Notes under the pieces: generated by a model
What the model saw: only the letters and a program-made list of their open reading frames with translations
What the model was told of the DNA's origin: nothing
Database searches by the model: none
Made by a program: the position numbers and the translations under genes
From: Hypanus sabinus
Lineage: Eukaryota
Reading direction: 5' to 3'
Assembly: GCF_030144855.1 (NCBI RefSeq)
Contig: NC_082736.1
Coordinates: 7,440,001 to 7,504,000, forward strand
DNA: 64,000 nucleotides
Shown here: in pieces, positions 24,040-37,175 of the stretch
Numbering within the stretch: position 1 is the stretch's first letter
Layout of the letters: the number at the start of each line of letters is the position of its first letter

Positions 24040-26210
24040 ACCGTACGACATAGCAGCAGAATTAGGCTATTTGGCCCGTCGAGTCTACTCTCCCATTCAA
24101 TCATGGCAGCCCCTTTTTACCCTTTGCATCCCCACTCCCTGGTCTTCTCCTTGCAAACTTGGATGCCGTGTCCAATCATGAGCCTATCAAGCTCTGCCTT
24201 AAGTAGACCCAAGGACATGCCTTCCACAGCAGCCTGTGGCTATACATTGCATTAATTCACCATCCTCTGGCGAAGGAATTTCTCTGCATTTCTGTTTCAA
24301 ATGGACAGCCCTCTATCCTGAGATTGTGCCCCCAGGTCTTTCAACATTCGAAAAGTGATTTACCCCCCCCCCCATCCTAAATTACAGTGAGTACAGACCC
24401 AGAGCTATCAAATATTCCTCGTATGAAAACCGTTTCATTCCCAGAATCACCCTTGTGAACCTCTTCTGAACCCTTTCCAGTGCCAGTACATCTTTTCTTG
24501 GATGAGTAGCCCATAACTTCACAATCCTCAAGGTGAGGCCTCACCCATGCCTTATAAAGTCTCAGCATCACATCCCTGCTCTTGTATTCTAACCGCTTGA
24601 TGTGAATGCTAACATTGCTTTTGTCTTCCTCACCTCCGACTCTACCTGCAAGTTATCTTTGGGTTGGTCTGCACAAAGACTCCCAAGTCCCTTTGCATCT
24701 CAGATTTTTGGATTTTCTCCCTATTTGGAAACTAGTCTGTACATTTACTTCTACTACCAAAGTGCACGACCATGCATTTTCCAACATTGTATTTCCTTTG
24801 CCATTGTCTTGCCAATTCCCCTAATCTGTCAAAGTACTTCTGCAGCCGACCTGTTTCCTGAACAGAACCTGCCCTTCTTGTTATCTGCAAACTTGCAACA
24901 AATCCATCTATTCCATCATTTAAATCATTGATATACAGTATAAACAGAAGTGGTCCCAACACCGACCCCTGTGGAGCACCACTACCCACTGACAGACAAC
25001 CAGAAAGGATCCTTTTATTCCCACTTGCTGACATGCTGCTTTCTACCAATCAGCCAATGTTCTAACCACGCCAGTAACTTTCCTGTAATACCATGGGCTA
25101 TTAACTTGGTAAGCAGCCTCGTGTGTGGCACTTTGTCAAAGGACTTTTGAAAGTCCAAATATATGACATCCGTTGCATCCCCTTTATTTATCCTGCGTGT
25201 AATCTCTTCAAACAATTCCAACAGGTTCATCATTCAAGATTTCCCCTGAAGGAAACCATGCTGACTTTGTCCTCTCTTGTCCTGTGTTTCCAATGCTCCA
25301 TAACCTCATCTTTAACAATTAACTCCAGCATCTTACCAACCACTGAAGTCAGACTAACTGCACTATAATTTCCTTTCTGCCGCCTTCCTCCTTTCTTAAA
25401 GAGTGGAGTGACATTTGCAATTTTCCAGTCCCCTAGCACCATGCCAGAGTCCAATGCATTTTGAAAGATCATGACTAATTGCACCACAATCTCTACCGCT
25501 ACCTCTGTCAGAATCCTAGGGTCCAGTTCATCTGGTCCAGGTGACTGATATACCCTCAAGTATTTCAGCTTTTTGAACACCTTTCCCTTATAATAATAAC
25601 TGCACTTCCTTCTCTCTCCTCACTCCCTTCAACATCTGGCACATGGCTAGTAACTTCCACTGATGACAAATACTCATTTAGTTCATCTGCCATCTCCGCC
25701 TCTGCCCCCCCCCCCCCCCACCCCATTATTGTTCCTCTGGCTTGATTTTCTAGCAATCCAGTATCCAGTCTCAGCTCTCCTTTATGTTTTGCATACTTGA
25801 AAAAGCTTCAACGAATCACTTTGATAATATTTGCTAGCTTGCTTGCAGATTTAATCTTTATCCTCTTTATCTCTGTAAGGTGTTAGACGCTTCCCAATCC
25901 TTGTATACTGAATTTTTTTCTTTGTTGTATGCCCTTCCTTTTCGTTTCACATTAGCTTTGACTTCCTTGTCAGCCACATTTGTACTATTTTGCCATTTGA
26001 GTATTTATTTGTTTCTGCAATACATTTATCCTGCACCTCCCTCATTTTTCCCAGAAACTCACCTTTGCTGCTCAGCTGCCATCTCTGCCAGCATTTCCTT
26101 CCTATTTACTTCAGCCGACTCCTTTGTCATAACACTGTTCCTAGCTTTACTCCACTAAAACACTGCCTTGTCTCTCCCTGTCCAATTTTAAGTTGGACTC
26201 AATGATACTG
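24040..26210 (-). mobile_element. CR1 LINE ORF2, degenerate
   Basis: SPGPDELDPRIL, DWKIANVTPLFKKG, DVIYLDFQKSFDKVPH, GAPQGSVLGPLLFILYINDL. Confidence 0.9.
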
Positions 26211-26234
26211 TGATCACTGCCTCCTAAGTGTTAT

Positions 26235-27175
26235 ATATAACATGTAACATTTACAGCATGAAAACAGGCCATCTCAGCCCTCCTAGTCCGTGCCGAATGC
26301 TTACTCTCACCTAGTCCCACCGACCTGCATACAACCCTCAACCCTCTATTCCTTTCCTGTTCATATACCAATCCAATTTTTTTTAAATGACAATATCGAA
26401 CCTGCCTCTACCACTTCTACTGGAATCGCATTCCACACAGCTACCACTCTCTGAGTAAAGAAGTTCCCCCTTGTGTTACCCCTAAACTTTTGCCTCTTAA
26501 CTCTCAACTCATGTCCTTTTGTTTGAATCTCCCCTACTCTCAATGGAAAAAGCCTATCCACACCAACTCTATCTGTCGCGTCATAATTATAAATGCCTCT
26601 ATCAAGTTCCCTATCAACCTTCTATGCTCTAAAGAATAAAGACCTAACTTTCTCTGTAACTTAGGTGCTCAAACCCAGGTAACATTCTAGTAAATTTCCT
26701 CTGTACTCTCTCTATTTTGTTGACATCTCTCCTGTAATTCGGTGAGCAGAACTGTACACGATGCTCCAAATTTGGCCTTACCAATGCCTTGTAGAATTTT
26801 AACATTACATCCCAACTCCTATACTCTGTGGTCCGATTTATAAAGGCCAGCATACCAAAAGCTTTCTTCACCACTCTATCCACATGATAATCCACCTTTG
26901 GGGAACGATGAACCATTATTCTTAGACCACTCCGTTCTACTGTATTCCTCAATGCCCTACCATGTACCATCTATGTCCTATTTTGATTAGTCCTACCAAA
27001 ATGTAGCACCTCACACTTATGAGCGTTAAACTCCATCTGCCATCTTTCAGCCCACTCTTCTAACCGGCCTAAATCTCTCTGCAAGCTTTGAAATCCTACT
27101 TCATTATCCACAACACCACCTATCTCAGTATCACCTGCATACTTACTAATCCAATTTACCACCCCATCATCCAGA
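26235..27175 (-). mobile_element. CR1 LINE 3' part
   Basis: LDDGVVNWISKYAGDTEIGG...WQMEFN..KCEVLHFG, LVRPNLE; 3' tail near 26240. Confidence 0.9.
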
Positions 27176-27176
27176 T

Positions 27177-28400
27177 TAGTGGTCGCCAACCCGTCGATCG
27201 CGATCGACTGGTCGATTTTTTGAGACTTTCCCAGTAGATCCCAAAAAACAAAGAAAAATAAATACACAAATACTGTTGAGAGTTTGTTTCCGGGTTGCGG
27301 GGTTTTAGTTCCATTCTTTCTGCTCAGTGCGCATGCACATAGCTCCCCCGCATGACACAGTGTACTTCAGTGGTCCCCAACCACCGGGCCGTGAGGAAAC
27401 AATATGAGTGAGCTGCACCTTCCCTCAGTCGCTGTCACACTGACTTTTGAACTTGAACTCACGTGAGGTCATCAGTCGCCTAAATGCAGTGACACCCTCG
27501 CGCCAGTGTTCGCCTCGCGCGGCTGGTGGGAAGCGCCGATGCTGCTGGCCCAGAGCACAGCCAGCGAGAGTCGCCGATGCTATTGGCCTGGAGCGCGGAC
27601 AGATGGGAGCCGCCTCTAAACCTGTTTAGCACACCGAATGTTCGTGGGGAACCCGGTGCTAAAATATTAGCAGACAACCTGATTTGGGCTCAAGGTTTCG
27701 TATGTATCAGAACAGCTACCTCGCTGCGATCTACTGAAACAAATTTTTGTCGGCCGATAGATCCTACAAGGGGGGCGAGCGCGGGTCTGTCGTCTCCTCA
27801 CTCGGTCGGTCGCTCTGTTCTAACTGTGACCGCCGCGTCCCCGGCATGAGGACCTCTGGCCCTGAACTTGTCCTCTCACCCCACCCGCGACCAGATGCAC
27901 CTGGCCAGGGCGTCTGGCGGCGGCAGGGCAGAGGCTGGAGTTCGGGCCCGGAGGCTGTCTAATGAGGCAATGAAGCCCTCAAAACTGCTTCGGTACCTTG
28001 AGTCCCAGCACCCTGCACTTAAAGATGAACCCGCTGAGTTTTTCCCAGAGGAAAAACTGTGAGCAGCGCGGGACAGCCGCTAAGTGCTGAGAGTCGCGAA
28101 AACTAAATTGCGGGATAGACTGGACATAAGGAACCTGCTTCATTCCCGTCATCCCGTCCTGTCCCCCCACCACCCCCGTCGGCCGGTCCACAAGAATATT
28201 GTCAATATTAAACCGGTCTGCGGGGTAAGAAAGGGTGGGCACTCCTGGTGTTTACGAATTATTTCTACTTCCAGGTTATGGGGTATTACTTCCAGTCTTT
28301 CTGCCCCGGTGCGCCTGTGACTAATCAATTTGGAGTTGATCTTGCCTTTCTCTCAGGCCGAGGTAGGGGATCTTGGGCTTAAAAACGTTGGTGACCACTA
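27177..28400. mobile_element. Non-autonomous hAT element (outer) containing a nested hAT-Buster deletion derivative
   Basis: Outer TIRs TAGTGGTCGCCAAC / GTTGGTGACCACTA. Inner element about 27368-28247 starts CAGTGGTCCCCAACC and encodes LSNEAMKPSKLLRYLESQHPALKDEP. Confidence 0.75.
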
Positions 28401-28419
28401 CTTTAGGGGATTATCCTAA

Positions 28420-29505
28420 CTGTCAAATGTGTTGAAATTGCTTGAAGAAATAAGCAGGATCGACAAAGAGAATCACTGGATGGGTGTGCCTTGTGCAATT
28501 GGATTTTTAGAAGGCCTTTGACAAGGTGCCACACATGAGGCTGCTTAAGTTAAGAGCCTATGACACAGGAAAGATACGAGCATGGATTACAACTTGGCTG
28601 ATTGGCAGGAAGCAAAGAGTGGCATAAAGGGAGCCTTTTCTGGTTGACACAATGACTAATGGCATTTTATGTTATAGTATATGTCAATGATTTGGATGAC
28701 AGAAATGATGGCTTCGGGCCATTTCCAGTTCAAAATAGGTCGGCGGAAGACAGTGCCGAGGAAGCAGAGAGGCTACAGAAGGGCTTAGACAGATTGTGAG
28801 AATAGGCAAAGATCTGGCAGGTGGAATACCATGTTGAGAAGTTTATGGTCATGGACATTGGTAAAAAAATAAAAGGATAGACAATTGCTCTAAGGGGAAA
28901 GAAAAATGAAAATCTGATGTGCAAAGGAACTTTGTAGCAGAGTAGGTTCGTTGAGATTCGTTTGTACTGTGAGCAATTCGGGCCCCTTATCTAAGAAAGG
29001 TACTCTGACATTGGAGAGGATTCTGAGGAAGTTCACGAGAATGATTCCCGGATTGAAGGGTTATCATATGAAGACCATTTGATTATGCTGGGCCTGACCT
29101 GACTGGAATTTATAAGGATGAGAAGGGATTGCTTTGAAACCTGTTGAATGTTGAACGGCCACGGTAGAGTGGATCTGAAGAGGATGTTTTCTATAGAGGG
29201 GGAGTCTAGGGACATAGGGCACAACCTCTGACTAGAGGGACGTCCATTTAAATGGAGATGAGGAGGAATTTATTTATCCAGAGAGTGGTTAATCTGTGGA
29301 ATTCCATGCCAAAGGCAGCTGTAGAGGCCGACATTGGGTATATTTCAGGTAGAGGTTGATACATTGTTGGTTTGTCAGGGCATGATGGGTTAAGGGGACG
29401 TCAGGATATTGGGGCTGAGAGGGAAATGGATCAGCCATGATGAAATGGAAGTACTGTCTTAATGGGCCAGAGGGTCAAACTCTGCTCCTATATTTTATGG
29501 TCTTA
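28420..29505 (+). mobile_element. CR1 LINE 3' part, degenerate
   Basis: LDF.KAFDKVPH motif, RT C-terminal remnants and CR1 3' end. Confidence 0.8.
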
Positions 29506-29877
29506 CATCAGATTGGTTCCATCCCAAACAACCTCCCAGTAAACCTGCTCCACACTGTCAGGGAGGTTCATTCCTGTTCCCTGGGATTGGCAGGGGATGG
29601 GGACCAGAGCCCCAGGTCACCCATTCCAGTGATAATTTTCTTTCTACAGTGTGTCGACCAGACCTGTAGACGGTACGCCAGCAGTGTGAAACCCCACATG
29701 TTATCAGGCTGGTGCCTAAAACGTCTTTTATCTATTAACTCTTTATTTTCTGCCATTAATACCCGCAATATCTCCAAAACTCACTGTGCCTTACCAATGT
29801 AGTTAAAATTCTCAGCAATCAGTCTGTTCATATTAAACGTCTCAGCATTAGTTTTCAAATCTCTCCAGCTTTATATC

Positions 29878-30062
29878 TCACAAAATGCTGGAGGACTCAG
29901 CACGCCAGGCAGCGTCTATGGAAAAAAAAAAGTACAGTGGAAGACCCGGTCCGAGACCCTTCAGCCCGATACATGCTTTCCCATACATGCTGTCTGGCCT
30001 GCTGAGTTCCTCCAGCATTTTGTGTGTGTAGTTCAGATTTCCAGCATCTGCAGATTCCCTCG
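29878..30062. mobile_element. Fold-back Penelope pLTR element
   Basis: CACAAAATGCTGGAGGACTCAGCA... inverted against ...TGCTGAGTTCCTCCAGCATTTTGTG, plus TTTCCAGCATCTGCAGA tail. Confidence 0.75.
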
Positions 30063-30849
30063 GTTGTTGCATGTTGCACTCTGTCTGTGACTCGTTTCCT
30101 CGGCAACGGATGCGGGAGAGGGAGGGGGATCGCCCGGGGGCGGCGTTGAGGCTTCCTTCCCCCCCCCACCCCCAGCGGGGTGGCAGGGACCGAACTGAAA
30201 TGGGGTCGGTCTGTACTGGCTGCCCTTTGGAAGAATGAGAGGGGATGGAATGGGCTTCTCCATTCCCTGCCTGTTCCTGCCTGACTAAACACCTCTTCAA
30301 CATTACCAGTGTATCAGCTTGAACCTTTCCCTGGCAGCCATCAGTCTCTGAGAAAAATAGAAACTCACCTGCTCAATCTATTTGAACCAATCCCTCTCCC
30401 ACTTTTAAATTGAAGCTCTGCACTTAAGTATTTGACATTTGCTGCCTGTGTAAAAGACTCTTGTCCGCCTTATCTATTTTAAAGGTCTCTGCTAGGCCTT
30501 TGAAACAAGAGAGATAAAGGGAGATTGAACAAACACAGTTTGTAAACAATCTGTGTTTCTACATCCTCACCTTATAACTGAAACTGTCGTTCCTGAGATG
30601 TGGCAACCAGCTCGGATCACACGATTTTAAAATGTTTCTAATGTGTCTGCCACAATCACCGGCAGTTTGTTCAAAATACATACCACACTCTGCCCATTAT
30701 GTCTGATCTGAAACACCTACCTTCTTGTTTTTACCAGCCATTTCCTGTGAAAAAAACAGTGTTTTTACCCAGTCTGTGCTCCCCATGATCTCCATACCTC
30801 TACTGGGATCACCTCTGAATCTGCTCTGCTCCAGGGAATAAAATACTAG

Positions 30850-31149
30850 TGTTACGAACTCCGTAACTGGGTATCTTACCAGCAAAGATAGGAGTATCCG
30901 TTGCAGTCTGATGATACTAGATTTAACAGTATTTATTAGTAAAAAAACACAAAAATAATATCAATGCAAATATACAGATAATATATGTCATCAATACTAA
31001 ACCTAAAAGTGTGGGTATAATAATAATCAATAAGAAATAAGCTCTATTGTTGTCTAGGGGATAATGAATTGTCCGATGGAAATATAAAGTTCAGTTCAGT
31101 TCATGCAGGCTGTGGTGGTTTATTGGTTACTATGTTGCAATTGTTGGAC

Positions 31150-31180
<31 letters not shown>

Positions 31181-31710
31181 GCTATTGACCTGCCGACCTT
31201 CCTTTTCGATCTTGATCCGTCGATGCGTTGTTGTTGTGGCCATTCACTTATGACCCCTCCGTCCTTTCTTCATTCTTCCGTCACGGACTCGTCACACAGG
31301 CAAGGGTGGACACACACACAAGTCCCCACTGGTCTCATAGTGTCTCTCCTGGTGCGTCTGAGGGGTGTTTCCCCAGACCTTACTTTTATCCCCGCTCACG
31401 GGGTCTCAGGTGTCAATCAGGTTGGGATGATACAACCCATCAACCAGAACACTCTGGTTGCCCCCTGAGGAGTTTCAATGAATAGAACAGTACTCAATAC
31501 ACAATCCTTCTCCAAGAGACAATAGCAGTAATCAGTGGTTCCGTTCCGCTTTTGTTAGGAGACATTCCACTTTTGTGTATCTTTGCGTTGTCACTCTCTC
31601 ATTTCCTTGGTATCAGACCCAAAATAGTAGCGATTTTGTGATACTCAAAAAGAGGGGGGGGGGCGACTTTGCACCCTTCTGCTCATGAGAGTTGCTCCTC
31701 ATTCGTAACA
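30850..31710 (-). mobile_element. Solo LTR (Gypsy-like, 4-bp TSD CTAG) inserted in a CR1 remnant
   Basis: Perfect 9-bp terminal IR TGTTACGAA/TTCGTAACA; CTAG at 30846-30849 and 31711-31714. Related to 14361-15184. Confidence 0.88.
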
Positions 31711-31714
31711 CTAG

Positions 31715-33340
31715 TCCATACAACCTGTCCTTCTAACTCTGACTCCCCAGGTCTAAGCAACCATCTGATATTTATTTTTTTCTGTGCACTCTTTCTAGTT
31801 TAGGAACATCTTTGCTATAATAGGGTGATCAAAAGGATAGGCAGTATCCCCAGTCAGTCCTCACCAAAGACCTGTACATCTACAACGTATCTTCTCAACT
31901 CTTATACTCTGTGCCATGAATGATGAATGACAGCAGGTCAAACAACACCAACTTCACCACTGTATCTCCTTGAGGTGTCAGATCTGGTGAACTATGATTC
32001 GCATGGATATTGTTTATATAAATTACGAACAACAAAGGTCCCGGTGTGCAGTGCAACACCACTTGACAGAGACCTCCAGTCTGAGGTATAACCGTCAACC
32101 ACCAGCCTCTGCCTCCTGATACTGAGGCAATTATGAAACCAATCAATTATCTCCCTTGGATTCCATCTCTCAGAACTAACCTCCCAGACCAGAGTCAAAG
32201 GTCTGGCTAATGTCCAGATAGACAACACTCACAACCCTAACCTCATCTACGCACTTGTGAAATTCCTGAAAGAGCTGCAAGAAATTTGTGAGACATGATT
32301 TCCCTTGCACAAAACTGTGCTGACTGTCTTGAATCAGACCAAATGTTGGTAGATCCTGTTCCTGAGAAACCACTCCAGTATATTCCCCAACATTGATATC
32401 CTGCCTGTAGTTTCCTGACTAGTTTCCAGTACCCTTTTTAAACAATGGCACAGCATTAAACCAAAAGACCTAAAGTCATTGGAGCAGGATTGGGGCTTTT
32501 GGCTCATCCAGTCTGTTCCATCATTCCATCATGCCTGATTTATTATCCATCCCAACCCCATTCTCCGAACTTCTCCCCGTAAACTTTGATGCCATTAATA
32601 ATAATTAAATCCCACTAACATCTGCTTTAAATAGACCTACCGACTGCCTTCATGGCCACCTGTGCCAAAAGAAACCCATCGATAAGGAAATTACTCATCT
32701 CTATTCTAGAGGGGCATCTTTGTATTGAGGGTGTGGTCTGGTTCTAGACTCTTCCATTATTGGAAACATCCTCTCATATCAACACTACCTAGGCCTTTCA
32801 ACATTCAATGTGTTTCTATACGATGCTCCCTCATTCTTCTAGACTCCAGTGAGTACCTGCCCAGATCATCAAATGATGGTTATATCCTAACTCTTTCAGA
32901 CTTGGGATCATTCTCGTGAATTTCCCCTGCAGCTTCTGCAATGCCAGCACAGCCTTTCTTAGAAAATTGACCCAAACCTGCTCATGATACTTCAAATAAG
33001 GTCTGACTAAAGCTGCAGCATATATTGCATTTGCCTTCCTTACTACCATCTAAACATGCACATTAACCTTTAGGGAATCCTGCACTAGTACCCCCAAAGT
33101 CCCTTTACACATCTGATTTTTGTTCTCTCCCTGATTAGATGGAGTTTATGCCTTTATTCCTCCTCCCAGAGGATATGGCCACACACTTCCTTACACTCTA
33201 TATTGTCTGGCACTTCTTTGTCCATTCTATAAATCTGTCCAAGTGCTACTGCATACTCCTTGCTTCCGTAACACTGCCTGCCGCTCATTCTATTTTTGAT
33301 TTATCCACAGACTTGGCCTCAAAACTGTCAATTCCACATT
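31715..33340 (-). mobile_element. Degenerate CR1 fragments (at least two elements)
   Basis: DSQHSFVQGKSCLTNF, GPLLFVIYINN, ALVRPYLKY motifs. Confidence 0.75.
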
Positions 33341-34689
33341 AATCACTCTCCAATCACGTGTAACCTCAAATGGTGCCTGTGATGAAGCAACAATTTCTCC
33401 CGTGGCCTCCACAGTGTATTCTCTAACTTCTCACAAAATATAAGAATGTACCTGATATGGCCCTGGAGATTCAACAGCCTTAATGCATCTTAAGGTTTCC
33501 AATATAGATCCCTGCTAATTTGAATGTGGTGTAAAAAATCACAGCTGATTCCTGCCATTTTGATAACTCCATCACTTTCCATAATTTTCTCAATGGTGAA
33601 ATAAACGTCAGAAACATTCATGGAAAGCCTCTCCCATTTCCTTCACTTCCACACACAGATGGCCATCCTCATCTCCAAGCGGAACAATTCTGTCCAAATT
33701 CCCTTTTCCTCTGAATGTACCGAGAGAATCTCAGGGGATTTTACTCGCTTTTCCTTCCAATTCTTGATATATTGTCCTTTTACACGCCTAATTTTTATGA
33801 GAGATCATATGTCTAATAATATTCTGGAACAATTTCCTGAGCATTGATCCAAGCCTCATCAGTCAGTAATTTCCTGGTTTGACTCTATTGCCTGAGGAAC
33901 AACATGCCCTGGAATATCAGTGTGTTGTGAGAGTCACATGTCAAATATGGTTGGACAAATCACATTCCGCTCTCTTCAGTTCCTGTCCAACACAGTTGCC
34001 TTTCGCTCTAATCCCGATTGACCACATAACCACTGTGTCCAGTCTTGTGCTTATTTACTTTTCCCTGAATGAAACTTTTCTCAATGGCCAGGCTCATTTC
34101 CCAACTCAATGTCTTCTATGACCACCTTCCCTGGTTAGACTATCCACTTCTATGTTAAAAAACATCCCAGTATTCTTCCAACATATGCAGTGATATCTAA
34201 GCCCTTGAGTCTAAGGGAGTCCCAGTCAACATTGGGAAAACTAGTTGCCCTCTGCAACAAACCTGTTGCCTTTGCATCTTTCATTCCCTGCTACATTTCA
34301 GTTTCTTTACCTGCTGCTGGCATTTGGGAGGCCTGTAGCACAACTCCATCAGTGAATGCACCTCTCTTATCCTGAGCTCTATCCACACCGTCTCACTGGA
34401 TGAAGCCTCCAGTGTGTTCTCTCTTAGTCCCTCACCCACAATTCCATGTAAAGGCTGATCTGCCATCAGACTCCTCCTGTATGTCGATCCCACTCCCCTG
34501 ATTTTACAAACAGTTATCCTCGTTCTCTTTAAATCTTTTTGGTCATCCAGCATCTCCATTCCTCTCAGGGGATTCTAGTATTTGTTGCAGAGTGCTTTGT
34601 TGGTGGTAGAGTGGGCAGTGAAGGTTCTTTGAGAGTACAACGTGATTGAGATGACCTGGGGAAGTCAGCCAAAGAATGACAGATGAATG

Positions 34690-36345
34690 TTGATGTGGAC
34701 AAGGGTGAGCTCCTGCATTTTGAGAAGTCCAACCGGGGAAGGAGCTGCACAGAAAATTCTTGTTCCTTGGAGAGTATTGCAGAGACAGCATCCATGGAAT
34801 ACAGGAACAACATTCACTGAAAGTGACAACACAGGTAGTCAGGATGGTGAAGATGATGTTTGGCCTATTTATCTTCATTGGTCAGGGAAATGAGTTACAG
34901 GATTTGGGATGTCATCATCTAAGTGAGATTGCACTGTATTGTGCACAGTTCTAGTCACCGAGCTACAGGAAGGATGTCATGAAGCTGGAAAGTGTGGAGG
35001 GAGGTTTGATGAGGGTGTTACTGACACTGGAGGATTTGAATTATCAGCAGAAGTTTGGACAGCCTGGGACTCTCTTTCTCACCAGAGAGATTAAGGAACT
35101 GTCTGGTGACCATTCAAAGGTTTACAAAATCAGTAGGCAATCACTCTTTTTGTCAGGGTAGGGAAGCATACATTTACAAGACAATTGTTTAAGGTGAAGG
35201 GGAAACATTTAAAGGCTACTTGACAGGTGGGGGGGATGTTGCATGTTTGATTAAGGAGACCAACACAACAGTAATTAGTGAGGGATATGATGAGGTCTTG
35301 TAAGTGGAGGTTTTAAATAGAATGATGAATGGTGATTTTGATGGGATTACACTGCTGGCCTCCCAATAGGCTCAGGTATTGTGGAGCAGACATGTTGGTA
35401 AATCACACAGAGGTGTAATGTGAACTGGCTTACAGCAGTCGGGCATTTTGACTACACCAGCATTAACCAGATTACCTTTGTATGAAAAGCTTGAGTTTCC
35501 AGGAGTAATTTGGCAGATGCAGGATCAGTTCATCCCTCAGCAGAAACAATATTTGAAAGGGAGAATGAGGCAACCATCACCAACAACGGAAGATAAAAGC
35601 AGCATAAAGGAACATGAGAGAGCAGAGAATATCAGAAAAGTTAGTGGGAAGCTAAAGGATTAATGGACTTAAAAAGAACAGAAGGTAACTAAATAGCAAT
35701 ATGGAGAGAACAGATGAATTATTAATGTGACTGACCAATAGTATAAAGGGGAATAAGGATTTCTTTCAGATATTTAAAGAGTAAAAGAGGCGAGAATGGA
35801 TCAGGTTTCCCATTCTCACCTTCAGAATCACATCCCTCCCTGAGCCTCTTTTACACTGTTTAGTTTATTCTGTATTTCTTATTTAACCTGGCAATCTTGA
35901 ACATTTAGTGAAGAGGGCCACAGCGTGGCAAATGCATTTCAATACAGATAAATGTGAGACAGTGCACACTGCAAAGTGATACCAGTGCAGAACTTACACT
36001 GTGAATGGTCAGTCATTAGGGAGTGTAATGGGCCAGAGAGATTTAGGGGTAAATCTCTCACACACAGTTCATTGAAAGTGGTGTCACTGGCAGACAGGGT
36101 GGTGAAGAACGGGGTTTAACATGCTGATCTTCATTAGTCAGGGGACTGAGTATATCAGTTGGGACATTGTGTTACAGTTGTGTAAGTGACTGGAGGCCAC
36201 ACTTGTATTGTGTACAGCTCTTGTCACCGTTATAGGAAAGGTGGTTAAACTGGGGAGAGAGTAGAAAAAAATTCCAAGGATGTTTCCCGGACCTGAGGTT
36301 CTCAGTCAGAGAGGTTGGTCAGACAATGTCCGTTGTCCTTTATAC
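34690..36345 (+). mobile_element. Mosaic of degenerate CR1 ORF2 fragments
   Basis: KGELLHFEKSN, VDRVVKK-like and YCAQF.SPSYRKDV.KLE motifs. Confidence 0.65.
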
Positions 36346-36451
36346 CTTGGAATCAGTATCATTTATCACCGTGTTATATGACAAGGAATCTGTCATTTTA
36401 TTTTGACGGCAGTACAATGCGATGAAGGTGCAGATGTGAACATTGTGTCAG

Positions 36452-36631
36452 CAGAACGCCAAGAGATTCTGGGAATCGCGAACAACGCGGACAAAATGCT
36501 GGAGGAACCCAGCAAGTCCGGCAGCATCTCCCACCAGAGTCCTGAGGAAGGGTCTCAGCCCGAAATGTCGGCTGTTTATTCCCACCATTGATGCTGCCTG
36601 AGTTGCTGATTTCCGTCAGCATTGAGTGTGT
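36452..36631 (+). mobile_element. Short Penelope-pLTR fold-back with the best-preserved minimal hammerhead motif (36538-36573); candidate 10-bp TSD
   Basis: AGTC-CTGAGGA-A-GGG(TCTCAG)CCC-GAAA-TGTC-GGCT. ATTGTGTCAG at 36442-36451 and 36632-36641. Confidence 0.7.
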
Positions 36632-37027
36632 ATTGTGTCAGAGAGAGTGAGTTAAAGGAGCGGGCGGCTTAGACCAGTGTCACTGTGTTTGTGAGTCCTA
36701 ACACATCGTAGGATTTCTCAGCGCCTCCTGTAGAAAATGAAAATATTTTTCTGGTACGGAAGCGCCCCACTCCCCAGATCATTCCCGAAGAGGGAATTAA
36801 CCGCAAAGTTTTAATTCGATTAAATATTTCAGCCATAAAACAGAGAACAGGTCAATGATAGGGAGAGAGAACGCGGGCAATGCAGTAATGAAACGGGTTA
36901 AAATAGAAAGCGCTGCCTTTAATCCCGATTAAACTTTCTTTCCATCGAACATTCCGGCCTCAGGGACTAGTCCGAGTCTCCGCAGCGTCCGATTTGAATT
37001 GGAATCGGCGAGTTTTTGAGGAGAGAG

Positions 37028-37100
37028 AAACACAGAAAAATGAAGCCGCCGGGAGCTGACAGCAGGATGTCTCCGCCCCGTCCGCTCGCTGCCTTTAAAT
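37028..37100 (+). promoter_or_regulatory. H1 promoter: H1/AC box, GC box, TATA-like
   Basis: AAACACA 37028-37034, CCGCCCC 37073-37079, TTTAAAT about 37094-37100. Confidence 0.75.
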
Positions 37101-37175
37101 GGCTCTGTGCCGCCGCCTTTCGCTTCATTTCTCATTCAGTTCTGATTGTGAGAAGGATTTACCAGAGTCGCCGAC

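Noticed and set aside
14361-31710. One 17-kb provirus bounded by the two LTRs
   Set aside because: The LTRs are clearly diverged, each has its own TSD, and no gag/pol lies between them.
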